Below, piece after piece: positions 54,656 to 64,000 of a DNA stretch of 64,000 nucleotides (the first letter of the stretch is position 1; the number at the start of each line of letters is the position of its first letter). A model generated the notes under the pieces. The model saw only the letters and a program-made list of their open reading frames with translations, had not been told where the DNA came from and ran no database searches. The stretch comes from Escherichia coli (GTDB taxonomy: Bacteria > Pseudomonadota > Gammaproteobacteria > Enterobacterales > Enterobacteriaceae): NCBI RefSeq assembly GCF_030384885.1, contig NZ_CP128613.1; one strand, 5' to 3'. Position numbers and translations under genes: made by a program.

Positions 54656-56542
54656 TTACTCTTCCATCGCCTGGCGGATCTGATCCAACGACGCAGGATC
54701 ATCAATGGTCGTCAGATCTCCCGGATCGCGTCCTTCACAAATCGCCTGGATCGTGCGGCGCAGCATTTTTCCGGATCGCGTTTTTGGCAATTGCGAGACA
54801 AACCAGACGTGCGCCGGGCGGCCAAAGTTGCCAATCTGGCTGTCCACCAGCGCCATAATCGCCTTCTCTTGCGAGTGCGCCACCTCGCGATCTTCCAGAC
54901 TGTCGCTCTCTTTCGGAATGACAAACGCCACCGCCACCTGCCCTTTCAGCGCATCTTTCACCCCAACCACCGCCACTTCAGCAACGCCCGGATGACTGGA
55001 GATACTCTCTTCAATCTCGCGTGTGCCAAGCCGATGCCCGGCAACATTAATCACATCGTCAGTGCGCCCGAGAATAAAGTGATAACCGTCAGCGTCACGG
55101 ATGCCCCAGTCAAAAGTGGCATACACCGGACGGGAAAACAGCGACCAGTACGTCTTCACAAAGCGGTCGTCGTCGCCCCAGATGGTCTGAATACAGCCCG
55201 GCGGCAACGGCCCTTCCACCACCAGCATCCCTTTCTCATTGACGCCGCACGGTTCGCCGGTGACTTCATTGAGCAACTGCACGTTATAGCCATACATCGG
55301 CACGCCGGGGCTTCCCAGACGCGTCGGCCTGTCGTCCAGACCGCGAGCAATTGCCATAATCGGCCAGCCGGATTCGGTCTGCCAGTAGTTGTCGATGACC
55401 GGCACATCCAGCGTATTGCTCACCCAACTGGCGGTCGGCTCGTCCAGCGGTTCTCCCGCCAGATAGAGCACTTCCAGCGACGAGAGATCGTGTTTGCGAA
55501 TTTCAGCGGTAGGGAATTTTTTCAGCACGCGAATGGCGGTCGGCGCTGAGAACATCCGGCTAACCTGATATTTCTCGACGATTTTCCACCACACACCGCA
55601 GTCAGGATAAGTCGGCAATCCTTCGTAAACGATAGTCGCCATCCCCGCCAGCAGCGGCGCGTAGACGATATACGAATGCCCCACTACCCAGCCGATATCC
55701 GACGCACAGAAGAACACACCGCCCGCTTTGCCGCCAAAAATGGTGTCCATTGAGGTCGCCAGCGCCACCGCATAACCGCCGACGTCACGCTGTACGCCTT
55801 TTGGTTTGCCGGTCGTGCCGGAGGTGTAGAGAATGCAGGAGGTTTCGTTGGATTCCAGCCACGCCACCGGCACCCGCGCGCCGATGTGTTGATGGCGCAA
55901 CGACGCGAAATCGACATCCCGCCCGCTGACGCGCGCCATTTTCGCCAGCCCGCGATCCACCAGCAAAACGTGGCGCGGCTGATGCTGCGCCTGACTTATC
56001 GCATCGTCGAGCAATTTTTTATAAGGAATGATTTTGCCACCGCGCGCTCCGGCATCTGCCGAGACAATCAGCACCGGTTTAGCGTCATCAATCCGCGCAG
56101 CCACGCTGTGCGAGGCAAATCCACCAAACACTACCGAGTGAATAGCGCCAATGCGCGCGCAGGCCAGCAGGGTAATATGCGCTTCGGCAATCATCGGCAT
56201 ATACACCAGCACCCGATCGCCACGCCGTACGCCCAGTGAGCGCAGCATTGACGCCACCGCGTTCACTTCGTCATGCAACTGGCGAAAGGTAAAGGTGCGC
56301 TCTTCTTCTGTTTCCGAAGAGACGGCAATTAATGCCAGCGCCTCTGGCTGTTTCTCCAGCCAGCGGTCGATGGCGTTATGACACAAATTGGTTCGGCCTT
56401 CACAAAACCAACGGGCAAACGGCGGATTGCTGTGATCGAGCGTTTGCGTAAAGGGCGTCTGCCAGTCAATACGCCGGGCCTGCTCGGCCCAGAATTGCTC
56501 CGGTTCGTTAATCGAACGCTGATAAAATTCGCTAAAAGACAT
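54656..56542 (-). CDS. prpE: Propionate--CoA ligase
   Basis: 628 aa acyl-CoA synthetase (TSGTTGKPKG AMP-binding motif). Confidence 0.95.
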   Translation of the reverse strand: MSFSEFYQRSINEPEQFWAEQARRIDWQTPFTQTLDHSNPPFARWFCEGRTNLCHNAIDRWLEKQPEALALIAVSSETEEERTFTFRQLHDEVNAVASMLRSLGVRRGDRVLVYMPMIAEAHITLLACARIGAIHSVVFGGFASHSVAARIDDAKPVLIVSADAGARGGKIIPYKKLLDDAISQAQHQPRHVLLVDRGLAKMARVSGRDVDFASLRHQHIGARVPVAWLESNETSCILYTSGTTGKPKGVQRDVGGYAVALATSMDTIFGGKAGGVFFCASDIGWVVGHSYIVYAPLLAGMATIVYEGLPTYPDCGVWWKIVEKYQVSRMFSAPTAIRVLKKFPTAEIRKHDLSSLEVLYLAGEPLDEPTASWVSNTLDVPVIDNYWQTESGWPIMAIARGLDDRPTRLGSPGVPMYGYNVQLLNEVTGEPCGVNEKGMLVVEGPLPPGCIQTIWGDDDRFVKTYWSLFSRPVYATFDWGIRDADGYHFILGRTDDVINVAGHRLGTREIEESISSHPGVAEVAVVGVKDALKGQVAVAFVIPKESDSLEDREVAHSQEKAIMALVDSQIGNFGRPAHVWFVSQLPKTRSGKMLRRTIQAICEGRDPGDLTTIDDPASLDQIRQAMEE

Positions 56543-56581
56543 AATGCTCTCCTGTTGAACTTACGCCTTACCGCCGTTTAC

Positions 56582-58033
56582 TTAAATGACGTACAGGTCG
56601 AGATACTCATTGACCGGCATCTGTTCCAGGCGAGCTCTGTCGAGAGAAACGTCCAGAATGCGCTGCTGCTGTCGAGTCGGGAACTGGCGCGCGAGGTTGA
56701 TTTTGAATTTATCGACCAGTTTCGGAATACCGTCATGGCGGCGACGAGCATGACCAATTGGGTACTCCACCACCACTTCTTCAAATCGCGTACCGTCGGT
56801 AAACTCAAGGGTAATGGCATTGGCGATGGCGCGTTTTTCCGGGTCGTGGTAGTCAGCGGTAAATGCCGGATCTTCAAAGCAATTGATCTTCTCGCGCAGG
56901 GCGTCAATGCGTTTATCTTGCGCAACGTTGTCTTCGTAATCTGCCGCCGTTAAGCGCCCGAATAACAGCGGGATCGCCACCATGTACTGAATGCAGTGGT
57001 CGCGGTCAGCCGGGTTATTGAGCGGCCCTTTTTTGTCGATGATGCGAATACAGGCTTCGTGGGTGCGAATGGTCACTTTTTCGATATCTGCCGCCGTTTT
57101 GCCTGCTGCCTGCATCTGTTCATAGAGCGTCATCGCCGCTTCAACTGCCGTCTGGGAGTGGAACTCCGCCGGGAAGGAGATTTTGAACAGCACATTTTCC
57201 ATGACGTAGGAACCGTACGGGCGCTGGAAGCGGAACGATTCACCTTTAAAGGAGACGTCGTAGAAACCCCACACCGGCGCGGTCAGGGCTGACGGGTAAC
57301 CCATTTCGCCCGTTTTCGCCATCAGCGCCAGACGTACCGCGCGGGATGTAGCATCGCCCGCCGCCCAGGATTTACGCGTGCCGGTGTTCGGCGCATGGCG
57401 GTAGGTGCGCAGCGACTGTCCGTCTACCCATGCCAGCGAAACGGCGTTGAGGATTTCATCACGGGTCAGGCCAAGCATTTCGGCGACCACGGCGGTGGAA
57501 GCCACTTTCACTAACAGAACGTGGTCGAGACCGACGCGATTAAAGGAGTTTTCCAGCGCGATGCAGCCCTGAATTTCATGGGCTTTAATCATTCCGGTCA
57601 GCACCTGTTTCATGGTCAACGGCGTTTTGCCGCTGGCGACCGCGTTGCGCGAAAGCCAGTCCGCCGTTGCCAGAATGCCGCCGAGGTTGTCGGAAGGATG
57701 GCCCCACTCCGCCGCCAGCCAGGTATCGTTGAAATCGAGCCAGCGGATCATCGCGCCAATGTTAAATGCCGCCTGAACGGGGTCGAGCTGGAACTGGGTT
57801 CCAGGGACGCGTACGCCGTTAGGTACGACGGTGCCGGGGACAATTGGCCCCAGCAGTTTTTTACAGGCCGGGTATTCGAGAGCTTCCAGACCGCAGCCGA
57901 GAGTGTCAAGCAGGCAGTAATGGGCGGTGTCGTAGGCTACTTTGGAGCTAATTTCGTAGTTCATCACGTAATCGACGATATCAACGATTTCACGATCAAA
58001 TTCCGGACGGATGTTGTTAATTTGAGCTGACAT
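56582..58033 (-). CDS. prpD: 2-methylcitrate dehydratase
   Basis: 483 aa MmgE/PrpD-family protein. Confidence 0.95.
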   Translation of the reverse strand: MSAQINNIRPEFDREIVDIVDYVMNYEISSKVAYDTAHYCLLDTLGCGLEALEYPACKKLLGPIVPGTVVPNGVRVPGTQFQLDPVQAAFNIGAMIRWLDFNDTWLAAEWGHPSDNLGGILATADWLSRNAVASGKTPLTMKQVLTGMIKAHEIQGCIALENSFNRVGLDHVLLVKVASTAVVAEMLGLTRDEILNAVSLAWVDGQSLRTYRHAPNTGTRKSWAAGDATSRAVRLALMAKTGEMGYPSALTAPVWGFYDVSFKGESFRFQRPYGSYVMENVLFKISFPAEFHSQTAVEAAMTLYEQMQAAGKTAADIEKVTIRTHEACIRIIDKKGPLNNPADRDHCIQYMVAIPLLFGRLTAADYEDNVAQDKRIDALREKINCFEDPAFTADYHDPEKRAIANAITLEFTDGTRFEEVVVEYPIGHARRRHDGIPKLVDKFKINLARQFPTRQQQRILDVSLDRARLEQMPVNEYLDLYVI

Positions 58034-58066
58034 TGGGTACGTTTCCTTCTTGTTATTCGTAGAGGT

Positions 58067-59236
58067 TTACTGGCGCTTATCCAGCGCGACAAACTGGCGG
58101 TCTTCCGGTCCAACGTAATTGGCGGAAGGACGGATAATTTTGTTGTCCTGACGTTGTTCGATAATGTGCGCTGCCCAGCCGGTGACGCGGGCGATAACAA
58201 ACAGTGGCGTGAACATCTCGGTGGGAACGCCCATCATGTTGTAGGAAACAGCGGAGAACCAGTCGAGATTGGGGAACATCTTTTTGCTCTCCCACATCAC
58301 CGCTTCCAGACGATCGGCGATGTTGTACATCTTCAGCGAGCCGCCTTCCTGCGAGAGCTGCTTCGCCACGCGTTTGATCACCTGATGACGCGGGTCAGCG
58401 ATGGTATAAACCGGATGTCCAAAACCAATCACCACTTCTTTGTTTTCCACGCGCTTGCGGATATCGGCTTCGGCTTCGTCCGGCGTTTCGTAGCGTTGCT
58501 GGATCTCCAGCGACACTTCATTCGCCCCGCCGTGTTTCGGCCCGCGCAGTGCGCCAATCGCGCCGATAATCGCTGAATACATGTCAGAGCCGGTGCCCGC
58601 AATCACCCGGCTGGTAAAGGTGGAGGCGTTAAACTCGTGTTCGGCGTACAGCACCAGCGAAATATGCATCGCCTTTTCCCAGCTTTGCGACGGCTTTTCG
58701 CCATGCAGCAGATGCAGGAAGTGACCGCCGATGGAGTCGTCATCGGTTTCCGGCTGAATGCGTTCGCCGTTGTGGCTGTAGTGATACCAGTAGAGAAGAA
58801 TCGAGCTAAGTGATGCCAGCAGTTTGTCGGCAATATCACGCGCGCCGGAGACGGTATGCCCCTCTTTTTCTGGCAGCGTGCAGCCGAGCGCGGAAACGCC
58901 GGTGCGCATGACATCCATCGGATGCGACGCCGCTGGTAAGGCTTCCAGCACGGTACGCACGTTAGCCGGTAAACCGCGCAGGGCTTTCAGTTTCGTTTTG
59001 TAGGCGGCGAGTTCGTCACGGGTCGGCAGTTTGCCGTGGATCAGCAGATGCGCCACTTCTTCAAATTCGCAATGTTCCGCCAGATCAAGAATGTCGTAGC
59101 CGCGGTAATGCAAATCATTGCCACTTTTACCCACGGTGCAGAGCGCCGTATTGCCCGCCGGAACGCCAGAAAGTGCCACAGATTTTTTTGGTTTAATGAC
59201 ATGGGTACTGTTTTGCAGGATCGTTGTGTCGCTCAT
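58067..59236 (-). CDS. prpC: 2-methylcitrate synthase
   Basis: 389 aa citrate-synthase-family protein. Confidence 0.95.
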   Translation of the reverse strand: MSDTTILQNSTHVIKPKKSVALSGVPAGNTALCTVGKSGNDLHYRGYDILDLAEHCEFEEVAHLLIHGKLPTRDELAAYKTKLKALRGLPANVRTVLEALPAASHPMDVMRTGVSALGCTLPEKEGHTVSGARDIADKLLASLSSILLYWYHYSHNGERIQPETDDDSIGGHFLHLLHGEKPSQSWEKAMHISLVLYAEHEFNASTFTSRVIAGTGSDMYSAIIGAIGALRGPKHGGANEVSLEIQQRYETPDEAEADIRKRVENKEVVIGFGHPVYTIADPRHQVIKRVAKQLSQEGGSLKMYNIADRLEAVMWESKKMFPNLDWFSAVSYNMMGVPTEMFTPLFVIARVTGWAAHIIEQRQDNKIIRPSANYVGPEDRQFVALDKRQ

Positions 59237-59275
59237 GTTGTCCTCGTCATTGTTATCATTTGTAGGGTCGAGATT

Positions 59276-59465
59276 GTTGTCGGATGCGACGCTATGCGTC
59301 TTATCCGACCTACAGTTCAGTTCATCCCGTAGGCCTGATAAGCCGCGTCAGCGACGCATCAGGCATCGGTTGTCGGATGCGACGTCATGCGTCTTATCCG
59401 ACCTACAGTTCAGTTCATCCCGTAGGCCTGATAAGCCGCGTCAGCGGCGCATCAGGCATCGGTTG
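59276..59465. repeat. BIME/REP tandem array, two units with 94 bp period
   Basis: TTGTCGGATGCGACG..ATGCGTCTTATCCGACCTACAGTTCAGTTCATCCCGTAGGCCTGATAAGCCGCGTCAGCG.CGCATCAGGCATCGG repeated from 59276 and 59370. Confidence 0.8.
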
Positions 59466-59489
59466 TCGAATACAACCAAAGGGCGTTTT

Positions 59490-60380
59490 TTATTTCGCCT
59501 GGTTACGGGCAAACAGGTCGTCGAGCTTTTCTTCGTACTGGTAGTAGTTAATGCTTTCATACAGCTCGTTGCGGGTCTGCATGGTGTCGATGACGCTTTT
59601 CTGCGTGCCTTCCTGGCGCAGGACGTTGTAGACATGTTCAGCGGCGCGGTTCATGGCGCGGAAAGCAGAAAGGGGATACAGCGCCATTGCGACATGGGCG
59701 CTGCGTAATTCGTCGGTGGTAAACAGCGGTGTTGCGCCAAACTCGGTAATGTTGGCAAGGATTGGCACCTGCACCGCATCGGCAAACTGGCGGTACATAG
59801 CGAGTTCGGTAATTGCTTCCGGGAACAACATTTCGGCACCCGCTTCAACATAGGCCTGCGCACGCTCGAGCGCCGCATCCAGCCCTTCAACCGCCAGCGC
59901 ATCGGTGCGCGCCATGATCACAAAATCAGGATCGGTTTTCGCATCCACCGCCGCGCGGATCCGATCCACCATCTCTTCTTTCGAGACGATCGCTTTGTTC
60001 GGGCGATGACCGCAGCGTTTTGCTCCAACCTGATCTTCAATATGTAAGCCCGCCGCACCGGCTTTAATCATCGATTTCACAGTGCGGGCAACGTTAAAAG
60101 CCGAAGAGCCAAAACCGATATCCGCATCCACCAGCAGCGGCAGCGAGCAGACGTCAGTGATACGACGAATATCAGTCAGCACATCATCAAGAGTAGAAAT
60201 ACCGAGATCCGGCAACCCCAGCGAACCTGCCGCCACACCACCGCCGGAGAGATAAATCGCCTGATATCCGGCACGCTGCGCCAACAGCGCATGATTAGCG
60301 TTGATGGTGCCGACAATCTGCAATGGATTTTCTTTAGACAGTGCAGCGCGAAACGCTTTACCCGGAGAGTGTAGAGACAT
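59490..60380 (-). CDS. prpB: 2-methylisocitrate lyase
   Basis: 296 aa isocitrate-lyase/PEP-mutase-family protein. Confidence 0.95.
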   Translation of the reverse strand: MSLHSPGKAFRAALSKENPLQIVGTINANHALLAQRAGYQAIYLSGGGVAAGSLGLPDLGISTLDDVLTDIRRITDVCSLPLLVDADIGFGSSAFNVARTVKSMIKAGAAGLHIEDQVGAKRCGHRPNKAIVSKEEMVDRIRAAVDAKTDPDFVIMARTDALAVEGLDAALERAQAYVEAGAEMLFPEAITELAMYRQFADAVQVPILANITEFGATPLFTTDELRSAHVAMALYPLSAFRAMNRAAEHVYNVLRQEGTQKSVIDTMQTRNELYESINYYQYEEKLDDLFARNQAK

Positions 60381-60426
60381 AGCCCATCCTTTGTTATCAA
60401 CTTGTTATTTACGTTGATAAACTCAA

Positions 60427-60442
60427 AGCAAGGGGTGTGCCA
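60427..60442 (-). promoter_or_regulatory. Sigma-54 promoter (-24/-12) of prpBCDE
   Basis: Minus strand reads TGGCACACCCCTTGCT (TGGCAC-N5-TTGC), about 45 bp upstream of the prpB start. Confidence 0.6.
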
Positions 60443-60618
60443 CAATTACATGGATGAAATTAAATGTTTTATTTCAATTTGTTAGAGAAAAAGTCATGAA
60501 GTAATCTGCAAATATGCGTTTCAGTTAACGTTTCAGGCAATGTTTCACTGCGTTTCATTGCAACAATTATGAAACAAGACTAAACCCAATATTCGGTTTC
60601 TTAACTTTGCGGTGCGCT

Positions 60619-62205
60619 ATGGCACATCCACCACGGCTGAATGACGACAAACCGGTTATCTGGACGGTATCTGTAACGCGGCTGTTCGAGCTGTTTCGCG
60701 ATATCAGTCTCGAGTTTGATCACCTGGCAAACATTACCCCTATCCAGCTTGGCTTTGAAAAAGCGGTGGCCTACATCCGCAAAAAACTGGCCAGCGAACG
60801 CTGCGACGCCATCATTGCCGCTGGCTCTAACGGCGCGTACCTGAAAAGCCGCCTGTCGGTACCGGTGATTCTGATAAAACCGAGTGGCTACGATGTGTTA
60901 CAGGCACTGGCAAAAGCCGGAAAACTCACCTCTTCTATCGGCGTTGTCACCTATCAGGAAACCATTCCGGCACTGGTAGCGTTTCAAAAAACCTTTAATT
61001 TGCGCCTCGACCAACGTAGCTACATTACCGAAGAAGACGCACGTGGGCAGATTAACGAGCTAAAAGCCAACGGCACCGAAGCGGTGGTCGGCGCGGGGCT
61101 GATTACCGATCTGGCAGAAGAAGCCGGAATGACCGGAATTTTTATCTATTCTGCCGCCACCGTGCGCCAGGCATTTAGCGATGCGCTGGATATGACGCGC
61201 ATGTCGTTACGCCATAATACTCACGATGCCACCCGCAACGCCCTGCGTACTCGTTACGTGCTGGGCGATATGCTCGGTCAATCACCACAGATGGAACAAG
61301 TACGGCAGACTATTTTGCTGTATGCCCGCTCCAGTGCGGCGGTGTTGATTGAAGGGGAAACGGGGACGGGCAAAGAGCTGGCGGCCCAGGCGATTCATCG
61401 GGAATATTTTGCCCGCCACGATGCGCGACAGGGCAAAAAGTCGCATCCTTTTGTTGCCGTCAACTGCGGGGCGATTGCTGAATCTCTGCTGGAAGCGGAG
61501 CTGTTTGGCTATGAGGAAGGAGCGTTTACCGGCTCGCGACGCGGAGGCCGCGCCGGGCTGTTCGAAATTGCCCACGGCGGTACGCTGTTTCTTGACGAGA
61601 TAGGCGAAATGCCGCTGCCGTTGCAGACCCGGCTGCTGCGGGTGCTGGAAGAAAAAGAGGTCACCCGCGTCGGCGGGCATCAGCCTGTTCCGGTGGATGT
61701 GCGGGTTATTAGCGCCACTCACTGCAATCTCGAAGAGGATATGCAGCAAGGGCGTTTTCGCCGTGATCTGTTTTATCGACTGAGTATTTTGCGTCTGCAA
61801 TTGCCGCCGCTACGCGAGCGGGTGGCGGATATTCTGCCGCTGGCGGAAAGCTTTTTGAAAGTGTCACTGGCGGCACTTACTGCGCCGTTTTCTTCCGCGT
61901 TACGTCAGGGATTACAGGCAAGTGAAACTGTGCTGTTGCGCTACGACTGGCCGGGAAATATTCGTGAACTGCGCAATATGATGGAACGACTGGCGCTATT
62001 TTTAAGTGTGGAACCAACGCCGGATTTAACGCCGCAATTTTTGCAGTTGCTACTGCCGGAACTGGCGCGCGAGTCGGAGGAAACTCCCGCTCCACGTTTA
62101 CTGACGCCACAACAGGCACTGGAGAAATTTAATGGCGATAAAACAGCCGCGGCGAATTATTTAGGTATCAGCCGAACGACATTCTGGCGGCGGCTGAAAA
62201 ACTGA
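60619..62205 (+). CDS. prpR: Sigma-54-dependent activator of the prp operon
   Basis: ORF 60607-62205; start [17 protein letters not shown] at 60619; AAA+ core ([13 protein letters not shown]) and C-terminal HTH. Confidence 0.9.
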   Translation: MAHPPRLNDDKPVIWTVSVTRLFELFRDISLEFDHLANITPIQLGFEKAVAYIRKKLASERCDAIIAAGSNGAYLKSRLSVPVILIKPSGYDVLQALAKAGKLTSSIGVVTYQETIPALVAFQKTFNLRLDQRSYITEEDARGQINELKANGTEAVVGAGLITDLAEEAGMTGIFIYSAATVRQAFSDALDMTRMSLRHNTHDATRNALRTRYVLGDMLGQSPQMEQVRQTILLYARSSAAVLIEGETGTGKELAAQAIHREYFARHDARQGKKSHPFVAVNCGAIAESLLEAELFGYEEGAFTGSRRGGRAGLFEIAHGGTLFLDEIGEMPLPLQTRLLRVLEEKEVTRVGGHQPVPVDVRVISATHCNLEEDMQQGRFRRDLFYRLSILRLQLPPLRERVADILPLAESFLKVSLAALTAPFSSALRQGLQASETVLLRYDWPGNIRELRNMMERLALFLSVEPTPDLTPQFLQLLLPELARESEETPAPRLLTPQQALEKFNGDKTAAANYLGISRTTFWRRLKN

Positions 62206-62302
62206 AATGCCGAATCCAGCGCGAACGCCTTATCCGGCATAAATTTCAATAGATGATCACCGATAAACTTACGCATCGGGCATGTTTACATGGGGTGCAG
62301 AA

Positions 62303-62578
62303 TTATTTCTTCTTATAAATATTTGCCGTGCCGTGGATCTTATTGTCAGTTTGACCAGAGGTCAGCACCAACACATCTGCCCCTTTTTCATCCGCTTTTT
62401 TGATCAGATCTTCTTTCGCATCTGCAGTCGACATTTCATTACTGGTTGAAATATCACCTATTTTTTCATATTGCGATGCAACTTTTTCAAATTCTGCTTT
62501 GGTCATTAATTCTGCGGCATAAACGTTGGTAACGGCAAACGCTAACGCACCGATTAACATTTTAGAGATTATTTTCAT
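62303..62578 (-). CDS. yahO: DUF1471-family periplasmic protein YahO
   Basis: 91 aa with signal peptide [21 protein letters not shown]. Confidence 0.85.
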   Translation of the reverse strand: MKIISKMLIGALAFAVTNVYAAELMTKAEFEKVASQYEKIGDISTSNEMSTADAKEDLIKKADEKGADVLVLTSGQTDNKIHGTANIYKKK

Positions 62579-62762
62579 ATTACGGCTCCAGAGTTGTTAT
62601 CAAACTATCACCCACCCATATTATTGGGCTGATTAATAATTAGTTCAGTCAGGGCATAAACGCCAGTAACCGGAAATAAGACACTTTGTGATCTCTCTCG
62701 CATCCGATTACTTTTTGTAGAAATATGATGAAGTTACTTCACTTATTTATGGATGAAATCAC

Positions 62763-63395
62763 ATGGATCCCTTGCACGCCGTTTACCTGACCGTAGGACT
62801 GTTCGTGATGACTTTTTTTAATCCGGGAGCCAATCTTTTTGTGGTGGTGCAAACCAGCCTGGCTTCCGGTCGACGCGCAGGAGTGCTGACCGGGTTGGGC
62901 GTGGCACTGGGCGATGCGTTTTATTCCGGGTTGGGTTTGTATGGTCTTGCGACACTCATTACGCAGTGTGAGGAGATTTTTTCGCTTATTAGAATCGTCG
63001 GCGGCGCTTATCTCTTATGGTTTGCGTGGTGCAGCATGCGCCGCCAGTCGACACCGCAAATAAGCACACTACAACAACCGATTAGCGCCCCCTGGTATGT
63101 CTTTTTTCGCCGTGGATTAATTACCGATCTCTCTAATCCACAGACCGTTTTATTTTTTATCAGTATTTTCTCAGTAACGTTAAATGCTGAAACACCAACT
63201 TGGGCACGTTTAATGGCTTGGGCGGGAATTGTGTTCGCATCAATTATCTGGCGAGTCTTTCTTAGTCAGGCGTTTTCTTTGCCCGCTGTGCGTCGTGCTT
63301 ATGGGCGTATGCAACGCGTTGCCAGTCGGGTTATTGGTGCAATTATTGGTGTATTCGCGCTACGCCTGATTTACGAAGGAGTAACGCAGCGGTGA
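62763..63395 (+). CDS. yahN: LysE/RhtB-family amino acid exporter
   Basis: 210 aa polytopic membrane protein; the upstream ATGs at 62725/62728 are in a different frame and run into a stop. Confidence 0.85.
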   Translation: MDPLHAVYLTVGLFVMTFFNPGANLFVVVQTSLASGRRAGVLTGLGVALGDAFYSGLGLYGLATLITQCEEIFSLIRIVGGAYLLWFAWCSMRRQSTPQISTLQQPISAPWYVFFRRGLITDLSNPQTVLFFISIFSVTLNAETPTWARLMAWAGIVFASIIWRVFLSQAFSLPAVRRAYGRMQRVASRVIGAIIGVFALRLIYEGVTQR

Positions 63396-63520
63396 GCAGA
63401 TAATTTACTCTCTACGTAATCAACCTGATTTGCCGAATCCCGCTCATCGGCGATGATACCCCCCGTAATGCGTGGTCCTTATTTCCGATAAGTTTACTTG
63501 AGTCTTTAGCTTCCCATTTC

Positions 63521-63550
63521 AGCCCACTCTCCCCTGTGTGGGCTTTTTTC
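63521..63550 (+). terminator. Rho-independent terminator downstream of yahN
   Basis: AGCCCAC-TCTCCCCTGT-GTGGGCT hairpin followed by TTTTTTC. Confidence 0.55.
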
Positions 63551-63641
63551 ATTTGTCTGCTTCAGTGAGTAGCTGGCAATGCTCCATCCACTCTGCAAGG
63601 ATGATAATAAGAGGATCTGATTCAGAAGAGTTTTGAAAAAT

Positions 63642-63722
63642 TGGACCGCCATCGAGGCCTCGAACCCCGTACCATACAACAATCCTGGTTGTCGTCTGCT
63701 CTTCCTGATGAGCTAATGGCGG
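63642..63722 (-). ncRNA. tRNA-like element with atypical anticodon region (possible tRNA pseudogene or tRNA-derived RNA)
   Basis: Minus strand: perfect 7-bp acceptor stem CCGCCAT/ATGGCGG, U8, D-arm GCTC-ATCAGGAA-GAGC, T-arm CGGGG-TTCGAGG-CCTCG, discriminator plus encoded CCA. About 5 nt too long between the D and T arms; anticodon loop lacks U33. Confidence 0.3.
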
Positions 63723-64000
63723 TTTGTGATATGAGCCTTACAGCATATTGTCTGTCAGGCTTGAGTGCGATGCGTAAGATACAGAAAAGACCCCACACAA
63801 ACATGATGGAATTATGATTTTTTTCATATGAATGTCAACCAACACATTCATAAAACACTCGCACAAGTTCACTTTTTAAGCAACATGACGCCGATCACAA
63901 CAAAATATCGGCGAAAAAGGAGGGTAAATGCCATTTGACGTGGAGATAAGCAGATGAAATGATTACCCGCTTTGCGATTCACTCTCTGATGGAATAACAA

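Noticed and set aside
54131-55549. Three plus-strand ORFs (116, 97 and 348 aa) spanning the codB-prpE gap
   Set aside because: They read through the BIME array (repetitive RMRRVRLIRP-type translation) and antisense to prpE; artefacts.
59118-59708. 196-aa and 86-aa plus-strand ORFs across the prpC-prpB repeats
   Set aside because: Repeat-derived translation with duplicated peptide blocks; antisense to prpB.
63700-63712. CTGATGAG motif resembling a hammerhead ribozyme core
   Set aside because: No matching CGAAA/GAAAC element or three-stem arrangement; the motif falls inside the D-arm region of the tRNA-like element.
63738-63827. 29-aa minus-strand ORF MKKIIIPSCLCGVFSV... with a signal-peptide-like N-terminus
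   Set aside because: No Shine-Dalgarno sequence, very short, in an AT-rich region; insufficient support.

Overview
This window is Escherichia coli chromosome, from yaiI/proC through the lac operon to yahN, read in the opposite orientation to the K-12 reference map. Recognised from the sequence, in order: yaiI (partial), proC, dgcC (adrA), psiF, phoA, iraP, ddlA, yaiZ, yaiY, yaiW, sbmA, ampH, yaiV, yaiT, hemB, tauDCBA, a UhpABC-like sensor module with an AfuABC-type ABC transporter, frmRAB, yaiL, mhpT, mhpEFDCBA, mhpR, a metallo-beta-lactamase-fold hydrolase with a GlxA-type regulator, lacI-lacZYA, cynXSTR, codAB, prpEDCB, prpR, yahO and yahN. The strain is not K-12: LacZ and the lac promoter carry many substitutions, yaiT is intact, no IS element is present, and two loci differ in gene content from my memory of K-12. 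Those two loci are the Uhp-like/Afu block (19.9-27.7 kb) and the two genes between mhpR and lacI (40.0-41.7 kb). I found no CRISPR array, prophage, integrase or transposase. The most unexpected signal is a tRNA-like element near the window end (63642-63722, minus strand). All homology statements are from reading the translated ORFs and from memory; no database search was run.
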